This document shows positions 17,442 through 27,137 of a DNA stretch of 64,000 nt, one piece after another. Where the stretch lies: assembly GCA_964355645.1 (NCBI GenBank), contig CAYHDI010000001.1, positions 28,778-92,777 on the forward strand. Reading direction: 5' to 3'. The DNA is from an uncultured Candidatus Saccharibacteria bacterium (GTDB taxonomy: Bacteria; Patescibacteriota; Minisyncoccia; Phycocordibacterales; Zambryskibacteraceae). Made by a program: the position numbers and the translations under genes. The notes beneath the pieces were generated by a model. That model made no database searches and was not told the origin of the DNA. It worked only from the letters and a program-made list of their open reading frames with translations. Position 1 is the first letter of the stretch. Every line of letters starts with the position of its first letter.

Positions 17442-19046
17442 TCACATCCTTTCTGGAGCGGGAATACCGAGGATAGTTAAGCCGTTTTTCATGACTGTAT
17501 TGAAAGCGCGAGTGAGAGCGATGAGGTATGAAGATTCTGGTTTGTCAGAAATGATTTGTTCGTTCGCATAAAGATTGTTGAAACTACCTGCAATTTCGGT
17601 TAAATATGTAGTAAGAAGATTTGGAGAATATTCTACACACGCTCGTTCAACAATTTCTGGGAATCTATAAAGAAGTTTTTCAACTACACGCACCTCACCT
17701 ACCGCAAGCGGTCCCCCCTCCCCTTGCCAAGGGGAGGGCTGGGAGAGGTGTACCTTAGCTTTCTCTAAAATTGAACATGTTCGCGCATAAGCATATTGAA
17801 GATAAACACCAGAATCACCTTCGATTGAAACCGATTTTTCTATATCAAAAATAATATCGTTGCCGACTGATTGACGAAGAATCATATATTTTATTGCTCC
17901 TATGGCTACTTGTTCATCGCCTTTTGTTTTTTCCTTCACACTCTCGATTAAAGTTTCTGCCTCTAATGCACCACCAGATCTAGAACTCATTTTGCCCGTA
18001 GGTAAGCGGAGCATACCGTGCCCAATATGTTTGGTAATCTCTGCGAGTTTGGGAGAAATAAGTTTAAGTGCTTGAAGCAACACTTTAAAATAAGCATTGA
18101 CCTCATTGCCCGTCACCACGATTGATTTGGTGTATGGATATTTCTCAAACTTTATTGGGGCTAAGCCAAGTTCTTTGGCTTCATAGGTTGGGATACCTTC
18201 TGAATTTATAAAGACACGAGTATGAAGCGCTTTATCATAATTTTCTGCATGAAAGACAACGGCTCCATTCTCCCCTGCTTCGAAAACTTTTCCCATATTT
18301 TCCTCTACGATTTTCTTGCCTCTTGGAGCTGATTCCGATTCAAAGAAAAAATAGTCAAAATGACTGCCTAATTTTTTATAAATAGAATCAAAATATTCTA
18401 AACTAGCTTTTCTACCTTCATCATAAAGTTTGTTTATAGATTCATCCGAACGATTATATATCTTTTTATTTATTTCTTGGATTTCTTTTCTGATATTCTC
18501 ATCTTCTTCAAATTTCTTATTCCCAAAAACATACGGCTCATTTGAGCCTTGCATTGTTCCCCAGACAGCTTTGGCTACATGAATTCCCACATCACCTTGG
18601 TAGCAAGCTTGTTTCACTTCGGCGCCGTTCCATTCAAAAATATTCGCGAGTGTTGAACCAACTACATTGGGCATAAGGTGACCAATATGGAATGACTTGA
18701 AAGGATTTGGGTCGGTGTGCTCCACCATCACCTTCTCTCCTTTTAAACTTTCATTCTTTCCAAATTCACTACCCTTCTCTACAATCTCTCCAATACTTCT
18801 CTTGAAAAATTCCTTGGATAAATAAAAATTTATGAAGCCGGACTTCAATTCTACTTTTTCAATCTCACTTGGGTGTCGGACAGCCAAGTAATCAACAATC
18901 TCCTGGGCCTTCTTGGAAACAATTCCAGCGTTGGTTGTATAGTCCCCGAAAGCAAGGTTCGTTGGGTGTTCTACTATGAATTTGGCGTTTTTAGTGCCAA
19001 CACTTTCTAAGGCCTTTTTGACTAGATTTTCTATAACTTTTTTCAT
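17442..19046 (-). CDS. argS: arginyl-tRNA synthetase with in-frame palindromic element (17714-17750)
   Basis: FHIGHL HIGH-motif, catalytic core and DALR anticodon-binding C-terminus. Confidence 0.9.
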   Translation of the reverse strand: MKKVIENLVKKALESVGTKNAKFIVEHPTNLAFGDYTTNAGIVSKKAQEIVDYLAVRHPSEIEKVELKSGFINFYLSKEFFKRSIGEIVEKGSEFGKNESLKGEKVMVEHTDPNPFKSFHIGHLMPNVVGSTLANIFEWNGAEVKQACYQGDVGIHVAKAVWGTMQGSNEPYVFGNKKFEEDENIRKEIQEINKKIYNRSDESINKLYDEGRKASLEYFDSIYKKLGSHFDYFFFESESAPRGKKIVEENMGKVFEAGENGAVVFHAENYDKALHTRVFINSEGIPTYEAKELGLAPIKFEKYPYTKSIVVTGNEVNAYFKVLLQALKLISPKLAEITKHIGHGMLRLPTGKMSSRSGGALEAETLIESVKEKTKGDEQVAIGAIKYMILRQSVGNDIIFDIEKSVSIEGDSGVYLQYAYARTCSILEKAKVHLSQPSPWQGEGGPLAVGEVRVVEKLLYRFPEIVERACVEYSPNLLTTYLTEIAGSFNNLYANEQIISDKPESSYLIALTRAFNTVMKNGLTILGIPAPERM

Positions 19047-19104
19047 TTGTCTTTGAATCCATCATACCCGAAATAAGCCAATAAAAAAGCCCGAGTCCGA
19101 AGAT

Positions 19105-19734
19105 TCAGGCAATAGCACGAGAAACAGCTTTGTATACATCTTCAGCTACTACTTCGAGCGGGCGATTCGCATCAATCACTACCGCATTGTGACGAGCGGC
19201 AAATTCGAGGAAGCCTCGGCGAACGTTCTCGAAAAACTCCAGAGGTCTGTCGTCGAACTTGTCCGCCTCAGTCGCATCCTTGGTTGCCTGGTGACGTTCG
19301 TAAGCAGTCTTGGGAGCAACATCGAGGATAACATAGAGATAGGGACTCACATCCTTTGAGACAACATACTCTCTAAGAACATTAAAAAGAGATCTCAAAT
19401 AATGAGCGTCCTCTCCCCACAAGTTGTAAGCATCGGTCGAACTATCAAACCGATCGCAGATAACATTTACGCCAGCTAGCAGGGCTGGAATAATCGTCTC
19501 TTCGATGTGGGCCCGACGAACCGCGAAGAAAATAAGCACATGGCTCAAAGGACTTAGGACAATCTTGCCTTCAAGCAGAATCTTCCTGACTGCCAGCCCG
19601 AAAGCCGTACCACCCGGCTCACGAGTGAACAAAGTAGTTTCTTTCGAAAATTTCTGTTCCAGCATCCTTATGATGCTGGTCTTGCCGGACTTGCCGAGTC
19701 CATCGATGACCACAAACCTGCCTTTCTTGTACAT
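19105..19734 (-). CDS. tmk: thymidylate (dTMP) kinase-like nucleoside monophosphate kinase
   Basis: P-loop DGLGKSGKTS and DRF..S..AYN lid region. Confidence 0.75.
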   Translation of the reverse strand: MYKKGRFVVIDGLGKSGKTSIIRMLEQKFSKETTLFTREPGGTAFGLAVRKILLEGKIVLSPLSHVLIFFAVRRAHIEETIIPALLAGVNVICDRFDSSTDAYNLWGEDAHYLRSLFNVLREYVVSKDVSPYLYVILDVAPKTAYERHQATKDATEADKFDDRPLEFFENVRRGFLEFAARHNAVVIDANRPLEVVAEDVYKAVSRAIA

Positions 19735-19796
19735 GCAAACCCCCCGAGAATGTCTTCCAACACTTTACTCACTTTTTATATAAAAGCAAAACTATC

Positions 19797-20219
19797 TTAC
19801 TTAACATCCACCCCCATTGACCTTGCGGTACCTTCAATGATTTTCATCGCAGCGTTTAAGTCGTTCGCATTGAGGTCAGACATTTTCTTCTCTGCAATTT
19901 CTTTCACTTGAGTTTTGGTGAGTGTGCCGATTTTCTTGGTGTTCGGAGTACCCGAACCTTTCTCTTGTTTTAAAACTTTTAATATCAAATTTGAAGCTGG
20001 CTCTGTTTTATAAGTGAGATGATATGTCCTGTCTTCATAAACTTCCACAATTGTAGGCACTGTATCTCCGATGCGATCCTTCGTCTCATCATTAAAACGC
20101 TTGACAAATTCGCCGATGTTTATACCCGCTCCTCCGAGAACTGGACCGAGAGCTTGTCCGGGCACAGCTTTGCCCCCAGGAATCTGTAATTTGAGAATTT
20201 TTGTAACTTTTTTGGCCAT
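19797..20219 (-). CDS. rplK: 50S ribosomal protein L11
   Basis: full-length L11 match. Confidence 0.93.
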   Translation of the reverse strand: MAKKVTKILKLQIPGGKAVPGQALGPVLGGAGINIGEFVKRFNDETKDRIGDTVPTIVEVYEDRTYHLTYKTEPASNLILKVLKQEKGSGTPNTKKIGTLTKTQVKEIAEKKMSDLNANDLNAAMKIIEGTARSMGVDVK

Positions 20220-20241
20220 ATATGTAGAGCGACAGAATAAC

Positions 20242-20787
20242 TTAGATTTTCTTGATTTGCAAGAAATCTAATTCGACAGGGGTCTCGCGACCGAACATCG
20301 GGACGAGGACTTTGACCTTGCCTCGTTCGCTGTCTACTTCTTTAATCTTGCCTTCCAAATCTTTGAACGGACCGTCGATGATGAGAACTGCATCATCCGG
20401 CACAAGGTTGATGGTGTGAGTCACCTTGTCTGCATTCATTCGAGAGAAGAGAGATTCGACTTCCTTCTCTTCAACAGGTACAGGATAAACTCCGGAACCG
20501 ACGAAGCCGGTCACGCGCGGAGTGTTGCGAACCACGTACCAAGAATCATCCGTCACAATCATATCTACGAGGATGTACCCCGGATAAATTTTCTCTTCTT
20601 CCTCGACTCGCTTGCCTCCTTTGATTTTTATTTTCTTTTCAGTTGGAACTATGACGTTGAAGATTTTGTCTTCCATGCCCAAGGATTCAATGCGCTGTTT
20701 GAGATTTCTCATCACCGCGTTCTCGTATCCAGCATAAGTATGAATCACATACCAATGTCTTCCTTCAGAGATTTTCTGTTTGGTCAT
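20242..20787 (-). CDS. nusG: transcription antitermination factor NusG
   Basis: NGN domain WYVIHTYAGYE and KOW motif. Confidence 0.9.
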   Translation of the reverse strand: MTKQKISEGRHWYVIHTYAGYENAVMRNLKQRIESLGMEDKIFNVIVPTEKKIKIKGGKRVEEEEKIYPGYILVDMIVTDDSWYVVRNTPRVTGFVGSGVYPVPVEEKEVESLFSRMNADKVTHTINLVPDDAVLIIDGPFKDLEGKIKEVDSERGKVKVLVPMFGRETPVELDFLQIKKI

Positions 20788-20799
20788 GGTTAATTAATT

Positions 20800-20982
20800 T
20801 TAAAGAACGAACTTTTGAATAATGAGAGTGAAGATGTAGTCGAAGAACCCGAGGAAGAAAGCAGTGAAAATCGAAATGGCTATCACAATAATGGTGAAAG
20901 CGATGGTTTGTTTGCGGGTGGGCCAAGAGACGTGTGCGAGTTCCCCTCGAGTATCCTTGATGTAGTCGATGAATCTGTTCAT
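20800..20982 (-). CDS. secE: preprotein translocase subunit SecE
   Basis: VSWPTRKQT plus single TM; ORF track extension upstream (to 21183) is GC-rich read-through, true start MNRF at 20982. Confidence 0.8.
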   Translation of the reverse strand: MNRFIDYIKDTRGELAHVSWPTRKQTIAFTIIVIAISIFTAFFLGFFDYIFTLIIQKFVL

Positions 20983-21034
20983 GGTGTTTGGTATTAAAAA
21001 ACGCCCCGTGGCGTCAATATATAGTACTACGCTA

Positions 21035-21083
21035 TTAAAAAAATTGCAAACAAATAGGCCGGTCGCAGAGTCTGCGACCGGCC
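21035..21083 (-). terminator. intrinsic terminator (minus): 12-bp stem GGCCGGTCGCAG-AGTC-CTGCGACCGGCC plus T-run; second small hairpin+T-run at 20995-21015
   Basis: seen directly downstream of GC-rich ORF 21134-21670. Confidence 0.7.
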
Positions 21084-21133
21084 ACCTAATATCTAGGATT
21101 TTGTGCAAACTACTTGCCTGTCTATGCGCAGGT

Positions 21134-21670
21134 TTACCTGCCCGCGATTTTTCTCGCCAACGTAAACGTGCGGGAAGAGACACCGCACTCTAGCGCTTCC
21201 TCTACCTCGAACAACTCCCTGATCGCCTGAACGTGCGTCACTTTTCGGCCATCGATCATGGTGACCGTGGTGCCCGCTAAACCAAATCGATCTGGATATG
21301 GTTGCACACGCACGAGCACCTCCATCGCTGCACCGATGGAACCATGCTCCCCGAAATCCACGACCGATGTCTCAATGATGTGACTTCCCCGGCGCCACCT
21401 CGCTTCCACGATCCTCTCTGATGTAGCTGTGGTTACCGTCGCCATGAGACCCCAGGCATCGAATTGGTAATTCCTCCTCGACGCCGTGCCTGTGGAATCT
21501 GCCCAGGTGTCAATAGCATTGGGCACCCACCACACATCAAGCGGTGGAACACTAGCGAATACTCGCGCCACGATTTCATAAAAACTTCGCGCAGCGTTTG
21601 GATCGGTCGCACATGACAAACATTCGATTCTCTTTACTCTCACTGTATTATCCTCACGACTTGTGCCCAC
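21134..21670 (-). CDS. GC-rich hypothetical protein (178 aa), compositionally foreign
   Basis: long ORF with strong terminator; no recognisable motifs. Confidence 0.5.
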   Translation of the reverse strand: MGTSREDNTVRVKRIECLSCATDPNAARSFYEIVARVFASVPPLDVWWVPNAIDTWADSTGTASRRNYQFDAWGLMATVTTATSERIVEARWRRGSHIIETSVVDFGEHGSIGAAMEVLVRVQPYPDRFGLAGTTVTMIDGRKVTHVQAIRELFEVEEALECGVSSRTFTLARKIAGR

Positions 21671-21900
21671 TTGGCAGTGAGCGTTTCTCGCTACGAGGAT
21701 AGACTAGAATAGTCTTCGCCATAGCTTCAAATTTACGAGTGTGCAACATCGAATGTTGCACAATTCATACACTCAAAGCTGTGGCGAATTGTGTTTGCAA
21801 GTAGTTAAAGAACTTAACCACATTTAGTATACACCTTTTATGTGTTTTGTCAAGGACTTTCTTGAGTACCAAAAAGAGCCTTGTTTATAGGCTCATTTTA

Positions 21901-21978
21901 CGCCCCCTCTTAATGTAAGAGGGGGTTGGGGGTGTTATAACCCCTCCCTTACCCTCCCCTTATATTAAGTGGAGGGAA
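21901..21978. repeat. two tandem GC-rich palindromic elements (CCCCCTCTTAATGTAAGAGGGGG-TTGGGGGTGT and CCCTCCCC-TTATATTAA-GTGGAGGG) of same family as in-frame inserts in ileS/argS
   Basis: seen directly; shared CCCTCCCC...GGGGAGGG TTGGGRG core. Confidence 0.8.
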
Positions 21979-21998
21979 ATAAATTCGTCAGGACGATT

Positions 21999-22799
21999 CT
22001 AGCGAATCTCGTAGGTCACAGTCACACTTGCAGTCACTTTGTTCTCCCCTGCTGGAATAGTTGGGGTTGAATCTACAGATTTCATCATCGGGCTTGCACC
22101 ATACCCCATGCCATAAATCGGAGTAGGGTTGTTGAAATTATCTGTGTACCCAACAACACGTACAATCCTGACACCGAGATTCTTGGCCAAATCATCTGCC
22201 TTAGCCTTCGCATCAAGAATGGCTTTCGCTCTCGCTTCATTTTGATTTTTGTTTGGATCATCCGTGGTGAAGTTTAAACCAGAAATATTTGTGGCTCCCT
22301 TGTCTCCCACGAGAGCAAGGGCCTTGCCCGCATCAGATGTCTTGCGAATTTTCACTGAGACGCCTTGATTCACTGTATATCCGTCGAGCACTTGTTTGGA
22401 TGGAGGACAATATCCGTTTGAGCAGAGAGACGAAACGTTGGTGTAGGAATATTTCGGATAAACAGAATAATCAACCGTCTTGATATCCTTCTCATCAACT
22501 CCTAAATCTTTCAATCCGGCGAAGATTACGTTTGTATCTTTCGTCACTTTGGCTTGTGCTTCAGAAACAATTTTCGCATCGGCGGAAACACTGAAGGTAA
22601 AGGTGGCAATGTCCGGCACAGAAACCGATTCGCCTTGTCCGGTCACCGAGATAGAATTATAAACAGCATTAACATTCTGCCAATCTTTGAAAGCATTGAG
22701 AGTCGCCACAATCAGAAATATCCCGAGAATCAGAAGGGCGAAAGAACCTCGTTTGAAAAATTTGTTCGCGTCTTCACTTTTCATGTTTTCTCTGTCCAT
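21999..22799 (-). CDS. SIMPL/DUF541 domain protein (YggE-like), membrane-anchored
   Basis: N-terminal TM plus SIMPL pattern. Confidence 0.7.
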   Translation of the reverse strand: MDRENMKSEDANKFFKRGSFALLILGIFLIVATLNAFKDWQNVNAVYNSISVTGQGESVSVPDIATFTFSVSADAKIVSEAQAKVTKDTNVIFAGLKDLGVDEKDIKTVDYSVYPKYSYTNVSSLCSNGYCPPSKQVLDGYTVNQGVSVKIRKTSDAGKALALVGDKGATNISGLNFTTDDPNKNQNEARAKAILDAKAKADDLAKNLGVRIVRVVGYTDNFNNPTPIYGMGYGASPMMKSVDSTPTIPAGENKVTASVTVTYEIR

Positions 22800-22845
22800 A
22801 GAAATAAAATTAGTATATTAATACTCTAATTCTAGCATACTGACT

Positions 22846-23514
22846 TTAACTTCGTCTCTTGCGTTTGAAAACTCCTTTTTCTTCAAGGAAAATATTGAAA
22901 ATAAGGGCCACAAAGCTGACCGAAAGGAGTCCGAGGGCTACCCCAGCGAGGATATCGAGTGACCAATGCGCCCCGAGATAAATCCTCGAGAATGAAATGA
23001 GTCCTCCTCCAACTACACAACCAACAACCAAGAGAGTTTTGCTCAAAGCTGTTTTCGTCCAATCAAAGAATGAATAAGCGGTGGTGAAGAAGAAAGCTGT
23101 GGAAATAGTTGCATGTCCTGATGGGAAACTCCAACCAGAAATACCAATCAGCGCCGCATCAGGACGAGCCATGTGGAACGTATCTTTCAAAATAAAAAGA
23201 GCGAGAAAGGCAATGATAATTGAAACCACATAAAGAAGAGCATCGTACGTATCTTTGTGAATGAGCAAAACTATGGCAAGAAAAACTGAAGCAAAAGCCA
23301 GAACATAAGGGTTCGCCACATTAGTTACCCAAATCATAAAAGTAGTTAGTTCTGGTTGTCGTAGAGAAACGATGACAGTTTCTATGGCCGTATTAAACGG
23401 AGTAAGCTCCGTACCCGAAATCAAACCTTCAATAATTACGATTAAAGCACCACCCGACAGGATATAGACTAATAGGAAAAATAGATTTTTCGCCCAATTT
23501 TTAAATGGAGTCAT
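22846..23514 (-). CDS. PAP2-family membrane phosphatase
   Basis: KDTFHMARP ... SFPSGHA ... SRIYLGAHWSLD tripartite PAP2 motif. Confidence 0.88.
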   Translation of the reverse strand: MTPFKNWAKNLFFLLVYILSGGALIVIIEGLISGTELTPFNTAIETVIVSLRQPELTTFMIWVTNVANPYVLAFASVFLAIVLLIHKDTYDALLYVVSIIIAFLALFILKDTFHMARPDAALIGISGWSFPSGHATISTAFFFTTAYSFFDWTKTALSKTLLVVGCVVGGGLISFSRIYLGAHWSLDILAGVALGLLSVSFVALIFNIFLEEKGVFKRKRRS

Positions 23515-24050
23515 AGATTTGGAGTTTCCGGTCTTGTTATCTGCACACCGATTTTCTCTTGAAGCATATCTCGCATTTCTCCTGCAAGTTCTTTGTCTAT
23601 CGCTTCAATCACTACTTCAGAGAAACCTTCCTGGCCCGCGTCTTCGTGTCCGGCGGTGGTCATAACAATCTTGCTTAAACCCAAAAGCTGGAAAGTGGGA
23701 TTTCTTTCGATATTTATATCTTGAATTTGTTTGTAGGGAATGGAAGTTTCTCTTTTTTTAATCAAACCTCTTTTCATCCGAAGATCATATTCTTCGAAAG
23801 TAAACGAGTATTTTGAATAATTAAGCCACCCGACGATGAAAGTAATGGCAAACAAAACAATCGTCATCAAAATCAAAAATGAAACGATGGAAGAAATAGT
23901 CGGTTGAGCGGATAATAGAGGTAAAACATCTCTAAACAACATCACAAAAATAGTTAGAATGAGAGCAATCCCTGGGATTTTGGATTTTTCCAAACACAAA
24001 ATCACGAAAGCTCTTTTGCCCAAATGTGTTTCTTGTCCTTTGGTAATCAT
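23511..24050 (-). CDS. membrane protein with bacterial PH (bPH_2/YdbT-like) domain
   Basis: two TM segments then PH-like region; 4-nt overlap with PAP2 gene. Confidence 0.6.
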   Translation of the reverse strand: MITKGQETHLGKRAFVILCLEKSKIPGIALILTIFVMLFRDVLPLLSAQPTISSIVSFLILMTIVLFAITFIVGWLNYSKYSFTFEEYDLRMKRGLIKKRETSIPYKQIQDINIERNPTFQLLGLSKIVMTTAGHEDAGQEGFSEVVIEAIDKELAGEMRDMLQEKIGVQITRPETPNL

Positions 24051-24082
24051 AAAAGAGAGACGAGTTCAATTATACTCCTCTT

Positions 24083-24484
24083 TCATTCTGTGGTCGCTCC
24101 GTCGAATTCTGGTCCATCTGCTTCAGCTTCTGCTTTGGTTGCACGTACTACTCCATCTTGGTGATGAGCGGGAGAATAAATCGTATAAAGTTTTAATTCG
24201 TTGTCCGATGATGTGTTAATCACATTGTGCTTTGAGCCGGCCGGCACGATGACGGCATCTCCGCCCGAGACATCATAAGTAGTTTCATTAATAACGATCT
24301 GACCATTACCACTTTCAAAACGGAAAAACTGATCATTGTCCGGGTGAACTTCTGAACCAATCTCTTCTTTCGGTTGAAGACTCATGAGCACAAGCTGGCT
24401 GTGCACTGAGGTGTACAAAACTTTTCTAAAATTTGTATTCTCAAGCGTCGCTTGTTCAATATTTTGTTTAAATCCTTTTTTCAT
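24083..24484 (-). CDS. cupin-domain protein
   Basis: cupin_2 two-motif pattern G-x5-H-x-H ... G-x5-P-x-G-x2-H-x3-N. Confidence 0.75.
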   Translation of the reverse strand: MKKGFKQNIEQATLENTNFRKVLYTSVHSQLVLMSLQPKEEIGSEVHPDNDQFFRFESGNGQIVINETTYDVSGGDAVIVPAGSKHNVINTSSDNELKLYTIYSPAHHQDGVVRATKAEAEADGPEFDGATTE

Positions 24485-24505
24485 AATTTACAGTATACCA
24501 AACAA

Positions 24506-24580
24506 TGGGGTGACTACTGGGAGTTGAACCCAGACTGAAAGCTCCACAAGCTTTAGTGCTACCGCTACACCATAGCCACC
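24506..24580 (-). tRNA. tRNA-His (anticodon GTG) with G-1 and encoded CCA
   Basis: manual cloverleaf: acceptor GTGGCTA/TAGTCAC, anticodon loop TTGTGGA, C73, extra 5' G. Confidence 0.85.
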
Positions 24581-24594
24581 ATTATGCGCACGAT

Positions 24595-25164
24595 TTAATT
24601 ATAACTCGGCGCGGACTCCTTTATACCAGACTTGTGGTTCGAGAGTCGAGCCAAGGCATAAAGAATACTTGAGAGACGATTCATGAATTGAAGGGTTTCT
24701 GCGCCGAGCTCCACCGCTTTTAGCGGGGCCCCGCCAGAGGCGGTGGTTACTCCAACCACTCGCCTCTCAGCTCGACGGGCAATGGTTCGAGCCACATCGA
24801 ATGTCGCACCGAGCTCCGTACCTCCAGAGATGAAGAAAGTTTTAATCGGAGGCATTTCTTTCTCTGCGAGGTCAATCCAATTTTCAACTTCTTTCACTTT
24901 CTCGCCAGAGAGATGCTTGTCCGCTCCGGCTACTTCGGCTTGAACCATGAACAAATTTTCTTGAAGACGATGAACAATTTCTTCGAAACTCTTTTCTCCA
25001 ATTTTAAATCCGGCTTCTGCAGACTTAACTTTGCACAAACCCAAGAATGAATTTATCTCATCGAGAGAACCGAGGGTCTCGGCAATATTCGAGCTCTTAG
25101 AAACCCTTTGGTCACAGCCAAAAGTTTTCGTTGTTCCATCATCACCCTTCTTGGTATAAAGCAT
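24595..25164 (-). CDS. PduO-type ATP:cob(I)alamin adenosyltransferase (MMAB family); contains palindromic element at 24721-24756
   Basis: YTKKGDDGTT N-terminal signature. Confidence 0.85.
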   Translation of the reverse strand: MLYTKKGDDGTTKTFGCDQRVSKSSNIAETLGSLDEINSFLGLCKVKSAEAGFKIGEKSFEEIVHRLQENLFMVQAEVAGADKHLSGEKVKEVENWIDLAEKEMPPIKTFFISGGTELGATFDVARTIARRAERRVVGVTTASGGAPLKAVELGAETLQFMNRLSSILYALARLSNHKSGIKESAPSYN

Positions 25165-25172
25165 AAACTCGG

Positions 25173-25415
25173 TTAAACCTTTTGGACTTCAGTACCTTCT
25201 TTGACTTTCTGTTCGGTTCGCAAGCCAATGATTTTGCCGACACCCGCTTTCTCTACCGGCTGATGGTCAATTTGAAGCGAATCTACATCTTGTTCAAAGT
25301 CGGCACCATGACCTTCAAACTTCACTCGATCGCCAACTTTCAAAGCAGACTTCAGCTCCACGATAGCCACCCCCAAGTGATCATAATAATGTGTAACTTT
25401 GCCTATCTTTTTCAT
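25173..25415 (-). CDS. small hypothetical protein (80 aa)
   Basis: ORF only. Confidence 0.4.
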   Translation of the reverse strand: MKKIGKVTHYYDHLGVAIVELKSALKVGDRVKFEGHGADFEQDVDSLQIDHQPVEKAGVGKIIGLRTEQKVKEGTEVQKV

Positions 25416-25455
25416 ACCACCTAATTATACACCCTGTGCGCGGGACAGGAATTGA

Positions 25456-25537
25456 ACCTGCATGCCTTTCGGCGCTACCACCTCAAGGTAGTGCGTCTAC
25501 CAATTTCGCCACCCGCGCATCGCGTTCACAATAACAG
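25456..25537 (-). tRNA. tRNA-Leu (anticodon GAG), type II with long variable arm
   Basis: manual fold: anticodon stem CTACC/GGTAG, loop TTGAGGT. Confidence 0.8.
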
Positions 25538-25565
25538 GAATGTGAGTACTCTTCAAGAATAATAA

Positions 25566-25639
25566 GTTTTCGTGCCTTGCGCAGGCCGACGGGCCGAGCA
25601 GAGCAAATTTCTAGCAAGAAATTATGTGTGCAAAGAAAA
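25566..25639. repeat. 74-nt conserved element, copy 1 (93% identical to 31298-31371); contains hairpins GGCC-GACG-GGCC and AATTTCT-AGCA-AGAAATT
   Basis: seen directly; 5 mismatches in 74 nt. Confidence 0.85.
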
Positions 25640-25643
25640 ATTA

Positions 25644-26033
25644 TTATTCTGAAGTTACTGTGGCTTCAGTTTCAACCTCTTTGGCCATACGAGTATTGCG
25701 CATCTGGCGACGAATATCCTTGGCTGCTTTGTCTCGAATATGATAGAGCTTGGCTCGACGAACCTTTGAACGCTTCACTACTTCGATTTTATCAATCATT
25801 GGAGAATAAAGGAGGAAAGTTTTCTCTACCCCTACTCCTGAAGCGACTCGGCGAACGGTGAAAGTAGCTCCCGCTTCGTGGCCGTGCTTGCGCGCAAGCA
25901 CGAGACCCTCGAAAGCCTGCAGGCGAGTCTTACCCTTTTCCTGAATCTTCTGCCAGACACGAGTAGAATCACCCGCTCGAAAATCAAGCTTGGCTCTTTC
26001 CTCCGTATTTACTGGTGAATGCACTGTTTTCAT
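25644..26033 (-). CDS. rplS: 50S ribosomal protein L19
   Basis: RLQAFEGLVLARKHG...TFTVRRV...GVEKTFLLYSPMIDKIEV matches L19. Confidence 0.9.
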   Translation of the reverse strand: MKTVHSPVNTEERAKLDFRAGDSTRVWQKIQEKGKTRLQAFEGLVLARKHGHEAGATFTVRRVASGVGVEKTFLLYSPMIDKIEVVKRSKVRRAKLYHIRDKAAKDIRRQMRNTRMAKEVETEATVTSE

Positions 26034-26063
26034 AAGTCAGACCAATTTAACACGTAGTGCTCT

Positions 26064-27137
26064 TTATGGCAAATCCCTAACAAATTTTTTATATCTATGA
26101 ATCAAACTTCGCATGCTTTGTGATTTTGTATGAGATAAATGGCCTAAATATGAAGAAAAGGATTGATTGAATTCTCCTTTTGTTGATTTTCCATTTTGTA
26201 AGTTATAAGTCATTTTTCCTAACTTTTTTTGTATTCTTTTTTTAGTTTTAGTTCTAGGCACAACGTGATAAGGCATTGCAACGGCTCCTAAAAAATCTAC
26301 ACCTTGGAGAAACGAACGGATACTAACCTTACTTGGATGTAATTCGAGCTTTAAATGTTCTATTAAAAACTTTTGTATAGGATAGATAAATAGATTCAAT
26401 TTTTCACGACTCGAATCAAGGATAACAAAATCATCGCAGTATCTAATGTAATTTTTACTTATTTTGGTTTTAATAAACCAATCAAACTTGTTCATGTATA
26501 CATTAGCGAAAAGCTGACTGGTAACATTACCGAGAGGTAAACCCTTCCCTGATATTTTATGAAAGGTATCAATTATCTTCGCCAATAAATCTAAGGTTTT
26601 CTTGCATTCAATTTTTTCTTTTAGGAGATTATTTAAAATATTGTGGTTAATTGAATCAAAAAACTTTCGTATATCACACTTGAGCGCATAGGTCTGACCT
26701 GTGTAGTTTCGACTGATTTTTCGAGACATTTTGACAAGTCTATCTATACCTGCATGAGTACCCTTGCCCGTTCTACTAGCATACGAATCAAAAATAAAAT
26801 CATTATCAAAAATTGGATACAAAACCTGATGGATGGCTTGATACAAAACCCTATCTCGAACTGAGGCTTTATGAATCTTTCTTGGTTTTGGATCACGAAT
26901 AGAAAAAGATGTATATCCATCACATGTCCATTGTCCTGAAATTAGTTCTTTTTGAAGCCCAAAAATGTTATTCTCAAGATTGAGAGAAAAATTTACAATA
27001 TCAAGTTTTTTGTTTTTGTTTTTTTTGAATTCTCGCCAAGCGAAAAATAAATTCTCGAGCGAAATAATTTTATGGAAAATACTTCTATCAAGACCCCCCC
27101 CCCCAACGGTATTTTGGTGGCTCCGATTATCGTTCAT
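26064..27137 (-). CDS. DGR-type reverse transcriptase (first ATG 27137; ORF track start 27143 is TTG)
   Basis: RT domains with LPLGNVTSQ (DGR-specific I/LGxxxSQ motif 4) and YCDDFVIL (YxDD); no maturase/endonuclease domains; N-terminal GGGG encoded by (G)11 tract. Confidence 0.88.
   Translation of the reverse strand: MNDNRSHQNTVGGGGLDRSIFHKIISLENLFFAWREFKKNKNKKLDIVNFSLNLENNIFGLQKELISGQWTCDGYTSFSIRDPKPRKIHKASVRDRVLYQAIHQVLYPIFDNDFIFDSYASRTGKGTHAGIDRLVKMSRKISRNYTGQTYALKCDIRKFFDSINHNILNNLLKEKIECKKTLDLLAKIIDTFHKISGKGLPLGNVTSQLFANVYMNKFDWFIKTKISKNYIRYCDDFVILDSSREKLNLFIYPIQKFLIEHLKLELHPSKVSIRSFLQGVDFLGAVAMPYHVVPRTKTKKRIQKKLGKMTYNLQNGKSTKGEFNQSFSSYLGHLSHTKSQSMRSLIHRYKKFVRDLP

Noticed and set aside
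20969-21193. Upstream extension of secE ORF (20800-21183) and ORF 20969-21193(+)
   Set aside because: Extension crosses two terminators and a GC-rich foreign segment. SecE homology begins at MNRF (20982).
27094-27104. Poly-C tracts as sequencing artefacts
   Set aside because: Both independent loci (27094-27104, 51709-51719) have exactly 11 C and keep the avd frame open, which argues that they are genuine; read-level data still needed.
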